Below, piece after piece: positions 39,481-48,470 of a stretch of DNA of 64,000 nucleotides. The notes beneath the pieces are model-generated. The model worked only from the letters and a program-made list of their open reading frames with translations. It searched no databases and had not been told where the DNA came from. The position numbers and the translations under genes are program-made. The stretch's first letter is position 1. Each line of letters opens with the position of its first letter. The stretch comes from Acidobacteriota bacterium (GTDB lineage: Bacteria; Acidobacteriota; Aminicenantia; Aminicenantales; Saccharicenantaceae): NCBI GenBank assembly GCA_039683095.1, contig JBDKSB010000010.1, positions 14,709 through 78,708 on the forward strand. The letters run 5' to 3'.

Positions 39481-40278
39481 ATGACCTTGGGGAGCGCGGC
39501 CGGCCGGGTCTTCAGGTTCTTCGCCTTCCTCGGTCGCCGGACCGGCCGAACCCGCGTCTTCGCCGTCCTGGGGCTCATCCCGGTCGCCCTGGCGGTCGTT
39601 GCCCGGATGTTCCTCCACGGCCGGGCCGGCCTGATGGCCGATGTTTTCACCGAGATCCTGATGGTCTTCTTCCTGCAGTTCTACATCGTCCTGCTGGCGC
39701 TCTTTTTCGGGACCTCGGTGACGTCGGAGGAAGTCGAGAACCGGACCCTGTCGTATCTTATCACCCGGCCGCTGCCCAAGCCGGCCGTCGTGCTGGGCAA
39801 GTACGCGGCCTACTCGACGCTCATCGCCGTCCTGGTCGCCGCCAGCCTGGCCGTTTCCTTCTTTATCCTGAACGCGTCCCGCCTCGGGGAGCCGGGCCTC
39901 TACGCGACCTTCCTGCGCTACCTGGGAGTCCTCCTCCTCGGCGTCCTGGCCTACATGGCCTTCTTCACTTTCCTGGGCGCCCTCCTCAAGCGGGCCGTCG
40001 TCCTCGGCCTCGTGTTCGGGTTCGGGTGGGAGAACGTCATCCAGTATTTCCCGGGCTCGACGCAGAAGTTCTCCATCGTCCATTACCTGAAGTCCCTGCT
40101 GCCGTACCACCCGGCGCCCGTCGGGGCCGGCGGGGGGAGGGGAGTCGCCCTGCTGCTCTTCCGGCTGGAGCCGACGAAGCCCCTGGCGGCCGTGCTGATC
40201 CTGACCGCCCTGACGGCCGCGCTGCTGGCGCTGGCCGGCTGGCTCTTCCGGACGAAAGAATACCTGCCCGAGGACTAG
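39481..40278 (+). CDS. ABC-2-type membrane permease (putative)
   Basis: 265 aa polytopic protein that starts 2 nt after the ATPase stop. Confidence 0.7.
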   Translation: MTLGSAAGRVFRFFAFLGRRTGRTRVFAVLGLIPVALAVVARMFLHGRAGLMADVFTEILMVFFLQFYIVLLALFFGTSVTSEEVENRTLSYLITRPLPKPAVVLGKYAAYSTLIAVLVAASLAVSFFILNASRLGEPGLYATFLRYLGVLLLGVLAYMAFFTFLGALLKRAVVLGLVFGFGWENVIQYFPGSTQKFSIVHYLKSLLPYHPAPVGAGGGRGVALLLFRLEPTKPLAAVLILTALTAALLALAGWLFRTKEYLPED

Positions 40279-40285
40279 GCCGGCC

Positions 40286-41320
40286 TTACTTCTTCACGTC
40301 CGGGGCCGGGGCCTCGCCCTTCTTCTTGGCGTTCATGAACTCGCCGGCCTTGGCCTTGGCCATCGCGCCCATCTTGTCCATGACCTCGTGGGAAACGCTG
40401 ATGCTGAGGCGGGTGTAATCGCCGCCCGAAAAGATCTGGACGCCGTTCAGGAATTCGCCGACGGCCGGCTGGTTGGCCCCGAACATCGCCCCCATGGCCT
40501 TGAAGCCGTTGAGGGCGGCGGCCAGGTTGGTGTTCTGCTCCTTGGTGCCGCCGACCGTCTGGATCTCGGCCAGGATGCCCGAGACCCGGTCGTCGAACAT
40601 CAGGGTCAGGGCCTTGACGCCCTCGAGCATCTTGAGCTGGGGCTTGGAGGCGAGGCCCTTCTTGAGTAGGTCCTGCGGGACGGCGAAGGCGCCCCAAAGG
40701 ATGCCGGATTTGTCGACCTTCTTGAGGACGGGCGCCATCCCGGCGTTCCTGGCCATGGAATCCGCCTTCTTCATGCGGACATCGATGATGCCCTTGAGGC
40801 CGTTCTCGCAGCCCAGGGCGATGTGGGAGTCGTCGAGGAACGCGGCCCGGGCCGCCTGTTTCTGTCCCTTCCCGCCGTCCAGGTTGCTGTAGACGGTCAC
40901 GCCGTTGTAGATCTCTTCCTTGACCTCGGGGGCCTTGGCCTTGATCAGGGCCTGGAGCCTGGCCTTGTCGTACTTGAGGCTGATGATGACGCCGCCTTCC
41001 AGGCCCGAGGACGCGCCCGCGGGGACTCCGGTAAGCCCGGCCCCGATGTAGAAGATGTCCCTGGTCGGGTCGATGCCGCTCATGCGAACGAATTCGTCGA
41101 GCTTCTCCTTGGCCTTGGGATCCTGGAGCGCCTTGACGACCGCTTCCGTTCCCATGAGACGCCGGACGTCGAGGGCCGCGACACCCGTGGCCGACTTGGG
41201 CAGCATCCTGATCAGGGCCTCGCCCGCCGCCGCGCCCGTCTTGATGCCAGTGGCCGGGGCGCAGGCCGCGAAGAACGCCGCCAGAAGCAATGCCGAGCCG
41301 ATAGCCGCTGTCTTTTTCAT
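40286..41320 (-). CDS. Hypothetical lipoprotein
   Basis: Start at the ATG at 41320 with GGAGG upstream. Lipobox in MKKTAAIGSALLLAAFFAACAP. 344 aa with a Lys-rich C-terminal tail. No family recognised. Confidence 0.6.
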   Translation of the reverse strand: MKKTAAIGSALLLAAFFAACAPATGIKTGAAAGEALIRMLPKSATGVAALDVRRLMGTEAVVKALQDPKAKEKLDEFVRMSGIDPTRDIFYIGAGLTGVPAGASSGLEGGVIISLKYDKARLQALIKAKAPEVKEEIYNGVTVYSNLDGGKGQKQAARAAFLDDSHIALGCENGLKGIIDVRMKKADSMARNAGMAPVLKKVDKSGILWGAFAVPQDLLKKGLASKPQLKMLEGVKALTLMFDDRVSGILAEIQTVGGTKEQNTNLAAALNGFKAMGAMFGANQPAVGEFLNGVQIFSGGDYTRLSISVSHEVMDKMGAMAKAKAGEFMNAKKKGEAPAPDVKK

Positions 41321-41543
41321 CGCCGGGACCTCCTTGTGGGTATGCTTGAAGTACGAAAGCCGCTCCGGGACGGTTCCCCCGCCCGGACTATACCACCATA
41401 GCCGGGCCGCGGGCAATATCCGGGCCGGGACAGGGGAGGGCCTGGCCCGGTCCGGCCGCGCGGTTGCCGGGGACCGCGTTTTGATATATTTTTAAGGGCT
41501 CCGGCCGTTCGTCGAGCGGCTTGGGGAGAAAGGAGCGCGAGAC

Positions 41544-42863
41544 ATGTCGAATCGTATCCGCGGAACGGTCCTCATCGGCAGCCTGCTTTTAGCCGCCCTC
41601 GTCCCGGCCCTGAAGGCCGCGGCGACCCCGGCCGTCCTCGGCCTCAAGGAGCAGGCCGCGATCTGCGACGGCTGGCTTCGGGTCAAGCTGGAGAAGGTCC
41701 TGCCTGAGCTCATGCGCCGCGAGAAGATCGATATGTGGCTCGTTCTCTGCGAGGAGTACAACGAGGACCCCGTCTATCTCTCGCTCGTGCCCTTCGCCGG
41801 CCTCTCGGCCCGGCGCCTGAGCCTGCTCGTCTTCTTCGACCGGGGCGGGGACAAGGGCGTCGAAAGGTTCGCCGTCAGCCGCTACGGCATCGGCGCCCTC
41901 TACCCGACCATCTGGAAGGCCGGCCAGGAGGACCAGTGGCAGGCCCTGGCCAAGGCCATCAAAGCCCGCGATCCTAAGCGCATCGGCATAGACGAATCCG
42001 AGGTCTTCGCCTTCGGCGACGGCCTCAGCGCGTCCATGAAGAAACGGCTGGTCCGGGCCCTCGGCCCCGACTACGCCGGGAGGCTGGTCAGCGCCGAGCG
42101 GCTGGCCGTGGGCTGGCTCGAGCGCCGCCTGCCCGAGGAGATCGAGGTCTACGACCATATCTGCGCGGTCGCCCACGCCATCATCGCCGAGGCCTTTTCC
42201 CGGGAGGTCATCACGCCCGGCATAACGACGACATCGGACCTCGAGTGGTGGATGTGGGAGAGGATCCGGTCCCTGGGCCAGACGACCTGGTTCGATCCGG
42301 GCGTCTCCATCCAGCGGCCGGCCTCGAGCCCGTACAAGGACAGCCCGGTCATTCACCCCGGGGACCTCCTGCATTGCGACTTCGGCATCAACTACCTCCG
42401 CTTGGATACCGATACCCAACAGCACGCCTATGTTCTGCGTCCCGGCGAGACAGAGGCCCCGTCCGGGCTCCGGTCCGCCCTGGCCCAAGGCAACCGCCTC
42501 CAGGATATCGTTTTCGGGGAGATGAAGCAGGGCCTGACCGGGAACCAGGTCCTGGCCGCAGCCCTGGCCAGGGCCAGGGGCGAGGGGCTGCGCCCGAGCA
42601 TCTATACCCACCCGCTGGGCGTCCACGGCCACGCGGCCGGGCCGACGATCGGCCTGTGGGACAGGCAGGACGGCGTCCCCGGCCCCGGCGATTATCCGCT
42701 CTTTTCCGACACTGTCTTTTCGATAGAGCTAAACGTCCGGACCGCCGTTCCGGAGTGGGGCGGCCAGGACGTCCAGATCGCCCTGGAACAGGACGCGGCC
42801 TTCACCCGGGACGGCCCCCGCTTCCTCGACCGGCGCCAGACCGAGCTCATCCTGGTCAAATAG
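41544..42863 (+). CDS. M24 family metallopeptidase (Xaa-Pro peptidase/creatinase-like) with N-terminal signal peptide
   Basis: Pita-bread metal ligands are plausible in HCDFGINYLRLDTDTQ, HPLGVHGH, FSIELN and ALEQD. The N-terminus is MSNRIRGTVLIGSLLLAALVPALKAAA. Confidence 0.8.
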   Translation: MSNRIRGTVLIGSLLLAALVPALKAAATPAVLGLKEQAAICDGWLRVKLEKVLPELMRREKIDMWLVLCEEYNEDPVYLSLVPFAGLSARRLSLLVFFDRGGDKGVERFAVSRYGIGALYPTIWKAGQEDQWQALAKAIKARDPKRIGIDESEVFAFGDGLSASMKKRLVRALGPDYAGRLVSAERLAVGWLERRLPEEIEVYDHICAVAHAIIAEAFSREVITPGITTTSDLEWWMWERIRSLGQTTWFDPGVSIQRPASSPYKDSPVIHPGDLLHCDFGINYLRLDTDTQQHAYVLRPGETEAPSGLRSALAQGNRLQDIVFGEMKQGLTGNQVLAAALARARGEGLRPSIYTHPLGVHGHAAGPTIGLWDRQDGVPGPGDYPLFSDTVFSIELNVRTAVPEWGGQDVQIALEQDAAFTRDGPRFLDRRQTELILVK

Positions 42864-42885
42864 GCCGTACGACAAGGAGGCCGCC

Positions 42886-43467
42886 ATGACCGACGAAAGC
42901 CGGACCTTCGAGCCGACGCCCCTGCAGCGGATCATCCGCGGCCGGCGCAGCATCCGCCGCTACCTGCCGGCGCCCGTCGAGCCGGAGAAGCTCCGGGCCT
43001 GCCTCGAGGCGGCGCGCCTGGCGCCGTCGGCCCATAACGTCCAACCCTGGCGCTTCATGGTCGTCGACGACCCGGCCCTCAAGGCCCGGCTGGCGGCGGC
43101 GGCCTTCAGCGGCATCTACAAGGGCTCGCAGTTCGCCGCCCAGGCGCCGGTCATCCTGGTCCTCCTGGCCCGGCCCGGCCGGGCCGTCGTGCGCCTGGGC
43201 TCGAGGATCCAGGGCGTGCCCTTTTTCCTGCTCGACATGGGCATCGCCGGCGAACACCTCGTCCTCCAGGCCGAGGAGCTGGGGCTGGCCACGTGCTGGA
43301 TGGGCTGGTTCAATTACCGCAGAGCCCGCCGGGTCCTCGGCATCCCCCGGTCGTTCAGGCTCGTGGCCCTGATGCCGCTCGGCTACGCCGAAAAGCGGCC
43401 CCTGCGCGAGCCGCCCCGCAGGACCCTCGAGGGCATCGCCGCCTTCAACAAGGTGCCGCCCGAATGA
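42886..43467 (+). CDS. Nitroreductase family protein
   Basis: 193 aa with RRSIRRYLPAPVEPEKLRACLEAARLAPSAHNVQPWRFMVV. Confidence 0.85.
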   Translation: MTDESRTFEPTPLQRIIRGRRSIRRYLPAPVEPEKLRACLEAARLAPSAHNVQPWRFMVVDDPALKARLAAAAFSGIYKGSQFAAQAPVILVLLARPGRAVVRLGSRIQGVPFFLLDMGIAGEHLVLQAEELGLATCWMGWFNYRRARRVLGIPRSFRLVALMPLGYAEKRPLREPPRRTLEGIAAFNKVPPE

Positions 43468-44636
43468 AAGGGCAGCGGATGCTCGGCTTCATGGCCATCG
43501 CCTTCACCGTCTGGGGCCTCGTCAACTTCTACATTGCCCGCCGCGGCGCCCAGGCGCTGGCCCCGGTTCCCGGAGCCCGGCGCGTCTTCCTCATCGTCTA
43601 CGTCGCCGGGGCGCTTCTTTTCCCCGTCGGCCGGATCCTGATGGGCTCCGTCCAGGGGCGCCTCGTCTCCCTTCTGGTCGAGATCGGGACCTACCACATG
43701 GGAGTCATGCTTTATGGGTTCATGGCCGTCCTCGCCGTCGACGCGGTCAGGCTGGCGAACGCGTTCGTGCCGTTCCTGCCGGCATCCCTCACCGCCGGCG
43801 GGGCGAGGACCGGGCCGGTCCTGTTCGCGGCCGTGGGCGGCGCCGTCCTGCTGACGGTCGCCGCGGGCGTCTGGAACGCCACCCGGCTGCGGACCGTCGA
43901 TCTCGACCTCACGCTGCCGCGCCTGGGCGGCGCCGTCGGCCATCTGACCGTCGCCGCGGCCTCGGACCTCCATCTCGGGGCCCTGGTCGGGCCGTCGCGG
44001 CTGGAGAAGGTGGTCGAGCGGATGAACGCCTTCGAGCCCGACGTCGTCCTGTTCGCCGGCGACATCGTCGACGAGACCGTGACCGAGGCGGTCGAGTCCA
44101 GGCTCAGCGGCATCATGCGCCGGCTGCGCGCCCCGCTGGGCCTGTACGCCTGCCCCGGCAATCACGAATATTACAGCGGGCTCGAGCGGAACGCGGCCTG
44201 CCTCCGGGCCTGCGGCGTCACCGTCCTGCAGGACGAGGCCGTGGCCGTCGACCGGGCCTTCACCCTGGTCGGGCGGCGGGACGCCGGGTCCCTGGGCCGC
44301 GGCGAGAAGCGCCTGTCGATCGGCGGCATCCTGTCCCGGAGCGGCCTCCCGGCCGGCCTGCCCGTGGTCGTTCTCGATCACCAGCCGCTCCATCTCGAGG
44401 AGGCCGAGGGGGCAGGGGCGGCCCTCCAGATCTCGGGACACACCCATGACGGGCAGATGTTCCCGATCGGCGTCATCAACAGCCTGATCTACGAGCTCAA
44501 CAGGGGTTACAGGAGGAAGGGCGGGACGCAGTACTACGTCACGAGCGGGGCCGGGACGTGGGGGCCGCCCCTGCGCATCGGCAGCCGGGCCGAAATCGTG
44601 CGCATTCGGATCTCGTTCGAGCGCAAGCCGTCCTGA
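43464..44636 (+). CDS. Membrane-anchored metallophosphoesterase
   Basis: Start at the ATG at 43464 (ATGA overlap). N-terminal TM helices precede calcineurin-like motifs SDLHLG, GDIVDE, GNHEYY and GHTHDG. Confidence 0.85.
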   Translation: MKGQRMLGFMAIAFTVWGLVNFYIARRGAQALAPVPGARRVFLIVYVAGALLFPVGRILMGSVQGRLVSLLVEIGTYHMGVMLYGFMAVLAVDAVRLANAFVPFLPASLTAGGARTGPVLFAAVGGAVLLTVAAGVWNATRLRTVDLDLTLPRLGGAVGHLTVAAASDLHLGALVGPSRLEKVVERMNAFEPDVVLFAGDIVDETVTEAVESRLSGIMRRLRAPLGLYACPGNHEYYSGLERNAACLRACGVTVLQDEAVAVDRAFTLVGRRDAGSLGRGEKRLSIGGILSRSGLPAGLPVVVLDHQPLHLEEAEGAGAALQISGHTHDGQMFPIGVINSLIYELNRGYRRKGGTQYYVTSGAGTWGPPLRIGSRAEIVRIRISFERKPS

Positions 44637-44739
44637 ACGGGGGAGCGCCAGGCCCGCACCGGGGCATGACGGCGGGCGAGGGATAAGCCGGGGAGAACGG
44701 GATTGGCCCGCTCCCCCCGGACCGGATCGGCGGGGGGAC

Positions 44740-45294
44740 TTACTTCTTGACGGGGGGCTGGGGCGCCGCGGTCTTGGCCTGGTTGTAGCGGCTGACGATC
44801 TCGTCGGTGATGTCGATGGCCGGAGCGGCGGTGACGACGCCGCTGGTGGCCGCGTCGAGCACCAGGTCGAAACCCCGCTCCTTGGCCAGGGCCTCGATGA
44901 CGGCGACCATCTCGACCCTGATGTTCTGGATGAGCTTGGTCGAGAGGGCGTTGGCCTCGCGGGCCTTGTCTTCTTCGTAGCGCTTGCGCTCGGTCGTCTT
45001 CTTGTCGATGTCGGCCTGGAGCGCCATCAGGGCGTCGTTGGTCATCGTCAGGCGGCCGGTGTTCAGCCTGTTCTCCAGGAGGCGGATGGCGTCGTCCTGC
45101 TTCTGGATGTCGGCCTTGATCTTGGTGTCGAGGTCCTGAAGCTGGGCCAGGGCCTTCTTGCCTTCGATCGAGGTCTCAAAAGCCTTCTGGGAGTTGATGA
45201 TGGCGATCTTGGACGTCTGCTGGGCGTACGAAGCGCCGGCGACGGCCAGAACAGCCAGGATGATGAGTGGGGCGATGGCCCGGAACTTCTTCAT
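44740..45294 (-). CDS. OmpH/Skp family periplasmic chaperone
   Basis: 184 aa with a signal peptide, the start of the core (KIAIINSQKAFETSIEGKKA) and a long coiled-coil tentacle region. Confidence 0.85.
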   Translation of the reverse strand: MKKFRAIAPLIILAVLAVAGASYAQQTSKIAIINSQKAFETSIEGKKALAQLQDLDTKIKADIQKQDDAIRLLENRLNTGRLTMTNDALMALQADIDKKTTERKRYEEDKAREANALSTKLIQNIRVEMVAVIEALAKERGFDLVLDAATSGVVTAAPAIDITDEIVSRYNQAKTAAPQPPVKK

Positions 45295-45414
45295 GTGAGG
45301 CCTCCTCTGATCCTATGACTCAAAACTCATAACTCATTCCGGCAGGGAATGGATGCGGTATCTTACCACGATTGAGCGATTTTTTTAAGGGTTTCATTCC
45401 ATTTCCGGCCAGGC

Positions 45415-46242
45415 TCAGATCTCGACCTTGAATACGCCCTTGAAGGCGAAACCGAAGACGATGGACAGGGCGAGATAGGCGACGAGCCAATGGACGCGCA
45501 GGCCGAAGGCGACAAGGCTGCCGGCCGGGTAGAGGATCTCGATCGAACGCACCGGCGTGCCGGCGGCGAGCGGCGCCTCGCCGGGATACAGGACCCGCTT
45601 CCAGAAGGAGCCGCGAGAGGCCAGGCCCGAGACCCTGGCCAGGGGGCCGCTCCCGACGACGACCGACTTCTCGAGGATCGCGCCTCCGGCGCGCAGCGTC
45701 AGCCGTCCGGAGCCGGGCGAGAGGGCCTTTATCCGCCAGACGACCTCGTGGAGGTCGGCGATGCGCACGGCCGGGGCCGAGATCTCAAGGCCGGGCGGGA
45801 CCTCGAGGTCGAGGCCGGCCGCGACGGGGTCGGCCGTCGCTTCGAGCCCGGCCTTGACCAGCGTCTCGTCGCCCGGCCGGAGCGGCGCGCGGTCGTACCA
45901 GACGCTGAGCTGGGCCAGGATGAGGACAAGCGGCGCGATCATGACCGCCAGCGGCTTGAGGTTGGCGGCGAGATACGACAGATTGGCCTTGAGGATCGCC
46001 CCCTGCGAGGCCAGGGTGACCCGCATGTTGTCCTTGTAGAGCCGCATCTCGTAAAGGTGGGCCTTGATGAGGTCCTTGGCCCGGCGGATGGCCGCCTGGT
46101 TGGACGTCAGCTTGTAGACCTCGAGCATGAGCAGGGCCGTCAGGAACGAGACGGCGACCATCCCGAACCAGGGCGAAAGCCCCCGGAAGGGCCACAGGAC
46201 GGCCCCGACGATCCAGCCGAAGACGAGGTTGATGACGGACAT
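45415..46242 (-). CDS. Hypothetical membrane protein
   Basis: 275 aa with two N-terminal TM helices, an amphipathic basic helix, another TM, a soluble segment and a C-terminal TM. It is the last gene of the phosphodiesterase operon. No family recognised. Confidence 0.55.
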   Translation of the reverse strand: MSVINLVFGWIVGAVLWPFRGLSPWFGMVAVSFLTALLMLEVYKLTSNQAAIRRAKDLIKAHLYEMRLYKDNMRVTLASQGAILKANLSYLAANLKPLAVMIAPLVLILAQLSVWYDRAPLRPGDETLVKAGLEATADPVAAGLDLEVPPGLEISAPAVRIADLHEVVWRIKALSPGSGRLTLRAGGAILEKSVVVGSGPLARVSGLASRGSFWKRVLYPGEAPLAAGTPVRSIEILYPAGSLVAFGLRVHWLVAYLALSIVFGFAFKGVFKVEI

Positions 46243-46247
46243 GGCGA

Positions 46248-46439
46248 TCAGGAGAGGTAGCCGAGGCCTTTCAGCTTCTTCTTGATCTCCTCCTCGGAGT
46301 CGGCCTCTTCGAGCTTGGCCACTTCCTTTTCGAGGCAGTGGGCGACGAACTCGTCGGCGGAGGAGTAGCCGGACATCTCGGCGAGCTTCTTGATCTTGTC
46401 GAACAGGTCCTTGTCGATCTTGACCTTCACGCTGGCCAT
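46248..46439 (-). CDS. Small ribbon-helix-helix-like protein (63 aa)
   Basis: MASVKVKIDKDLFDKIKKLAEMSGYSSADEFVAHCLEKEV has a beta-strand/helix/helix pattern like CopG/Arc. An acidic linker and a KKKLKGLGYLS tail follow. Confidence 0.5.
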   Translation of the reverse strand: MASVKVKIDKDLFDKIKKLAEMSGYSSADEFVAHCLEKEVAKLEEADSEEEIKKKLKGLGYLS

Positions 46440-46454
46440 GGGGTGGCTCCTTTC

Positions 46455-48470
46455 TCAGTCTTTCGCGAGGACGTTCCGGCCGATCATCTCACCGGGCTTT
46501 TCGACCCCGAAGACCTCGAGCACCGACGCGGTCAGGTCGTACAGGGCCGGAGCCTCGGCCGTGAACTTGCGGTTCGAGAAGGCGACGCCGGGCAGGACCT
46601 CCGGCGCCGACATGTGGTCGCCGCTCCATTTCTGGGTGTTGTCCTCGAGGATCTCCTTGGGGAAGCCCCCCAGCGGCGACTGCCAGGAGATGCGATAGCC
46701 GCGGTTGAAGCCGAGGACGATGTCCGGGGCCATCTCGAGGTTCCGGCCCCGGTAAGCCTCCTTGGCGATGAAGGCCCGGAGGACCGGGTGCTCGCCGGTC
46801 TTGGGATCGATCACGGCCTCGAGCTTCCCGGCGATCTCCCGAAGGAGGCCGTCCTTCTCGGCTCCGGACGCGACGACGCCCTCGCCTTCGCGGCCCCGCT
46901 CGTTGATGAACAGGCCGTTGAGGCCCATGCCGTAGGCCCGGGTCTTCGACCAGTCGGTATTGTCGAAATAAGCCGACTCCAGCTGCTTCCAGGGCCGTTT
47001 GAGCCGGTGGTAGCCCTGCTGCAGGAGCCAGGTGTTGAGATTGAAGCCGCGCCGGAAAGCGTTGAAGCCGTGGTCGGACATGACCAGGACGACCGTGTCC
47101 TTGTCGGCCTTCCGCAGGGCCGCATCCAGGGCCCGGTCCAATTCGGCGTACGTCCGGGCGATGACGTCGCCGTAGCGGGCGGCGAGCTTCGCGTCGTAGG
47201 CCGGGTGGCCGGGATCCGTCAGGCGCCAGAACATGTGCTGGCGCTGGTCGGCGTTGGAGAAATAGAAGAAGAGCAGGCCCTCGTCGAACCGGCCCAGCTC
47301 GTACTCGAGCATGGCCATGCTCTCGTCGTAGACCATGGCGTCCTGGGCCAGGAATTCCTCTTCGTCAAGGACGTGGTTCTCGAGGGCGCTGGTGTCGGCC
47401 GGCAGGCCCTTGGTGAAGTAGGGGCCGAAGCGCCTCTCCAGCTCCTTCGAATACGACTCCGGCGTCGAGATGGGCAGGGGCGGCCGGGCCGGGTCCATGT
47501 GAACGGGCGAGACGTAGAGCTTGAACTTCGGCCGGACCTCCTTGAGGTAGAAGAGGCAGATGCCGTGGACGCTCTGGGTCGGGATGAGGTCGAAGTGGAC
47601 ATGGACCCAGCGGCTCCACTCCCGCTCCTTGAGGACGAATTCGTGGCCCTGGATGACGATCTTGGCCGCCGCGTTAGAGGGATCGATGAAGACCTGGAAG
47701 GGGACGGTCGCCTCCGGCGCGTCCGTCCGGAAGGTGTTGGTCGGGCCGGGAAGCTCGGCCTCGACCCTGTTCCCGGCCACGAAGACGTCGTAAACGCGCC
47801 CGCCTCCGCCGGCCTCCTGGGTGACCGTCGCCGAGTCATTCGTGAAGTAGCTGAACATGCCGTAGGAGCCCTTGAGGTCGGGCGTGTTCATCCCCGACAG
47901 GGTCCTCTGTTTCGAATCGACGGGCGGGTAGTTCGAGGGCATCTTGAAGACCGTCGACGGATGGCCGGACGCCTCGAGCAGCTGCCAGAAGGCCGGGCCG
48001 CGGCGGAGATTGCGGACCGTTCCGCCCGACAGCGGGATGATCGTCTTCCCGAGGCGGATGGTCTTCGCGGCCCCGGCCGTCTCCGTCGCGGAGAAAACCG
48101 GGACGTAGGTCTTCGGATCGCGGCTGAAGAAGTCGAAGATGCCGTGGCCGCCGGGGTCCATGCCGCTGATGAAGTTCGACCAGGCGACGGGCGACTGCGG
48201 CGGCAGGCTCGTCCCGAGGGGCCGGAAATCTCCTCCCGCCTCGAGCAGCCTCCGGAAGGACGGCAGCCGTCCCTCGTCGATCCAGCGCCGCGTCAGAACC
48301 GGGTCAAGCCCGTCGATGCCCAGGATGATCATCTTCTTCGACGTCCGGCCGTAGCCGTAGGCTTTCGGCCCGAGGCGGGCGGCGCCGCCGAGGCCGGCGG
48401 CCGCCGTGGCCGCGACCCCGGCCTTGAGGAATTGCCGGCGCGTCAGGGCGCCGTCCCTGCGTCCGTTCAT
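46455..48470 (-). CDS. Alkaline phosphatase superfamily protein (type I phosphodiesterase/nucleotide pyrophosphatase-like) with Tat signal
   Basis: 671 aa. The N-terminus ...LTRRQFLKAGVAATAAAGLGG matches the Tat consensus. Motifs ILGIDGLDP, SPVAWSNFISG..HGIF and MSDHGF are present. Confidence 0.8.
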   Translation of the reverse strand: MNGRRDGALTRRQFLKAGVAATAAAGLGGAARLGPKAYGYGRTSKKMIILGIDGLDPVLTRRWIDEGRLPSFRRLLEAGGDFRPLGTSLPPQSPVAWSNFISGMDPGGHGIFDFFSRDPKTYVPVFSATETAGAAKTIRLGKTIIPLSGGTVRNLRRGPAFWQLLEASGHPSTVFKMPSNYPPVDSKQRTLSGMNTPDLKGSYGMFSYFTNDSATVTQEAGGGGRVYDVFVAGNRVEAELPGPTNTFRTDAPEATVPFQVFIDPSNAAAKIVIQGHEFVLKEREWSRWVHVHFDLIPTQSVHGICLFYLKEVRPKFKLYVSPVHMDPARPPLPISTPESYSKELERRFGPYFTKGLPADTSALENHVLDEEEFLAQDAMVYDESMAMLEYELGRFDEGLLFFYFSNADQRQHMFWRLTDPGHPAYDAKLAARYGDVIARTYAELDRALDAALRKADKDTVVLVMSDHGFNAFRRGFNLNTWLLQQGYHRLKRPWKQLESAYFDNTDWSKTRAYGMGLNGLFINERGREGEGVVASGAEKDGLLREIAGKLEAVIDPKTGEHPVLRAFIAKEAYRGRNLEMAPDIVLGFNRGYRISWQSPLGGFPKEILEDNTQKWSGDHMSAPEVLPGVAFSNRKFTAEAPALYDLTASVLEVFGVEKPGEMIGRNVLAKD

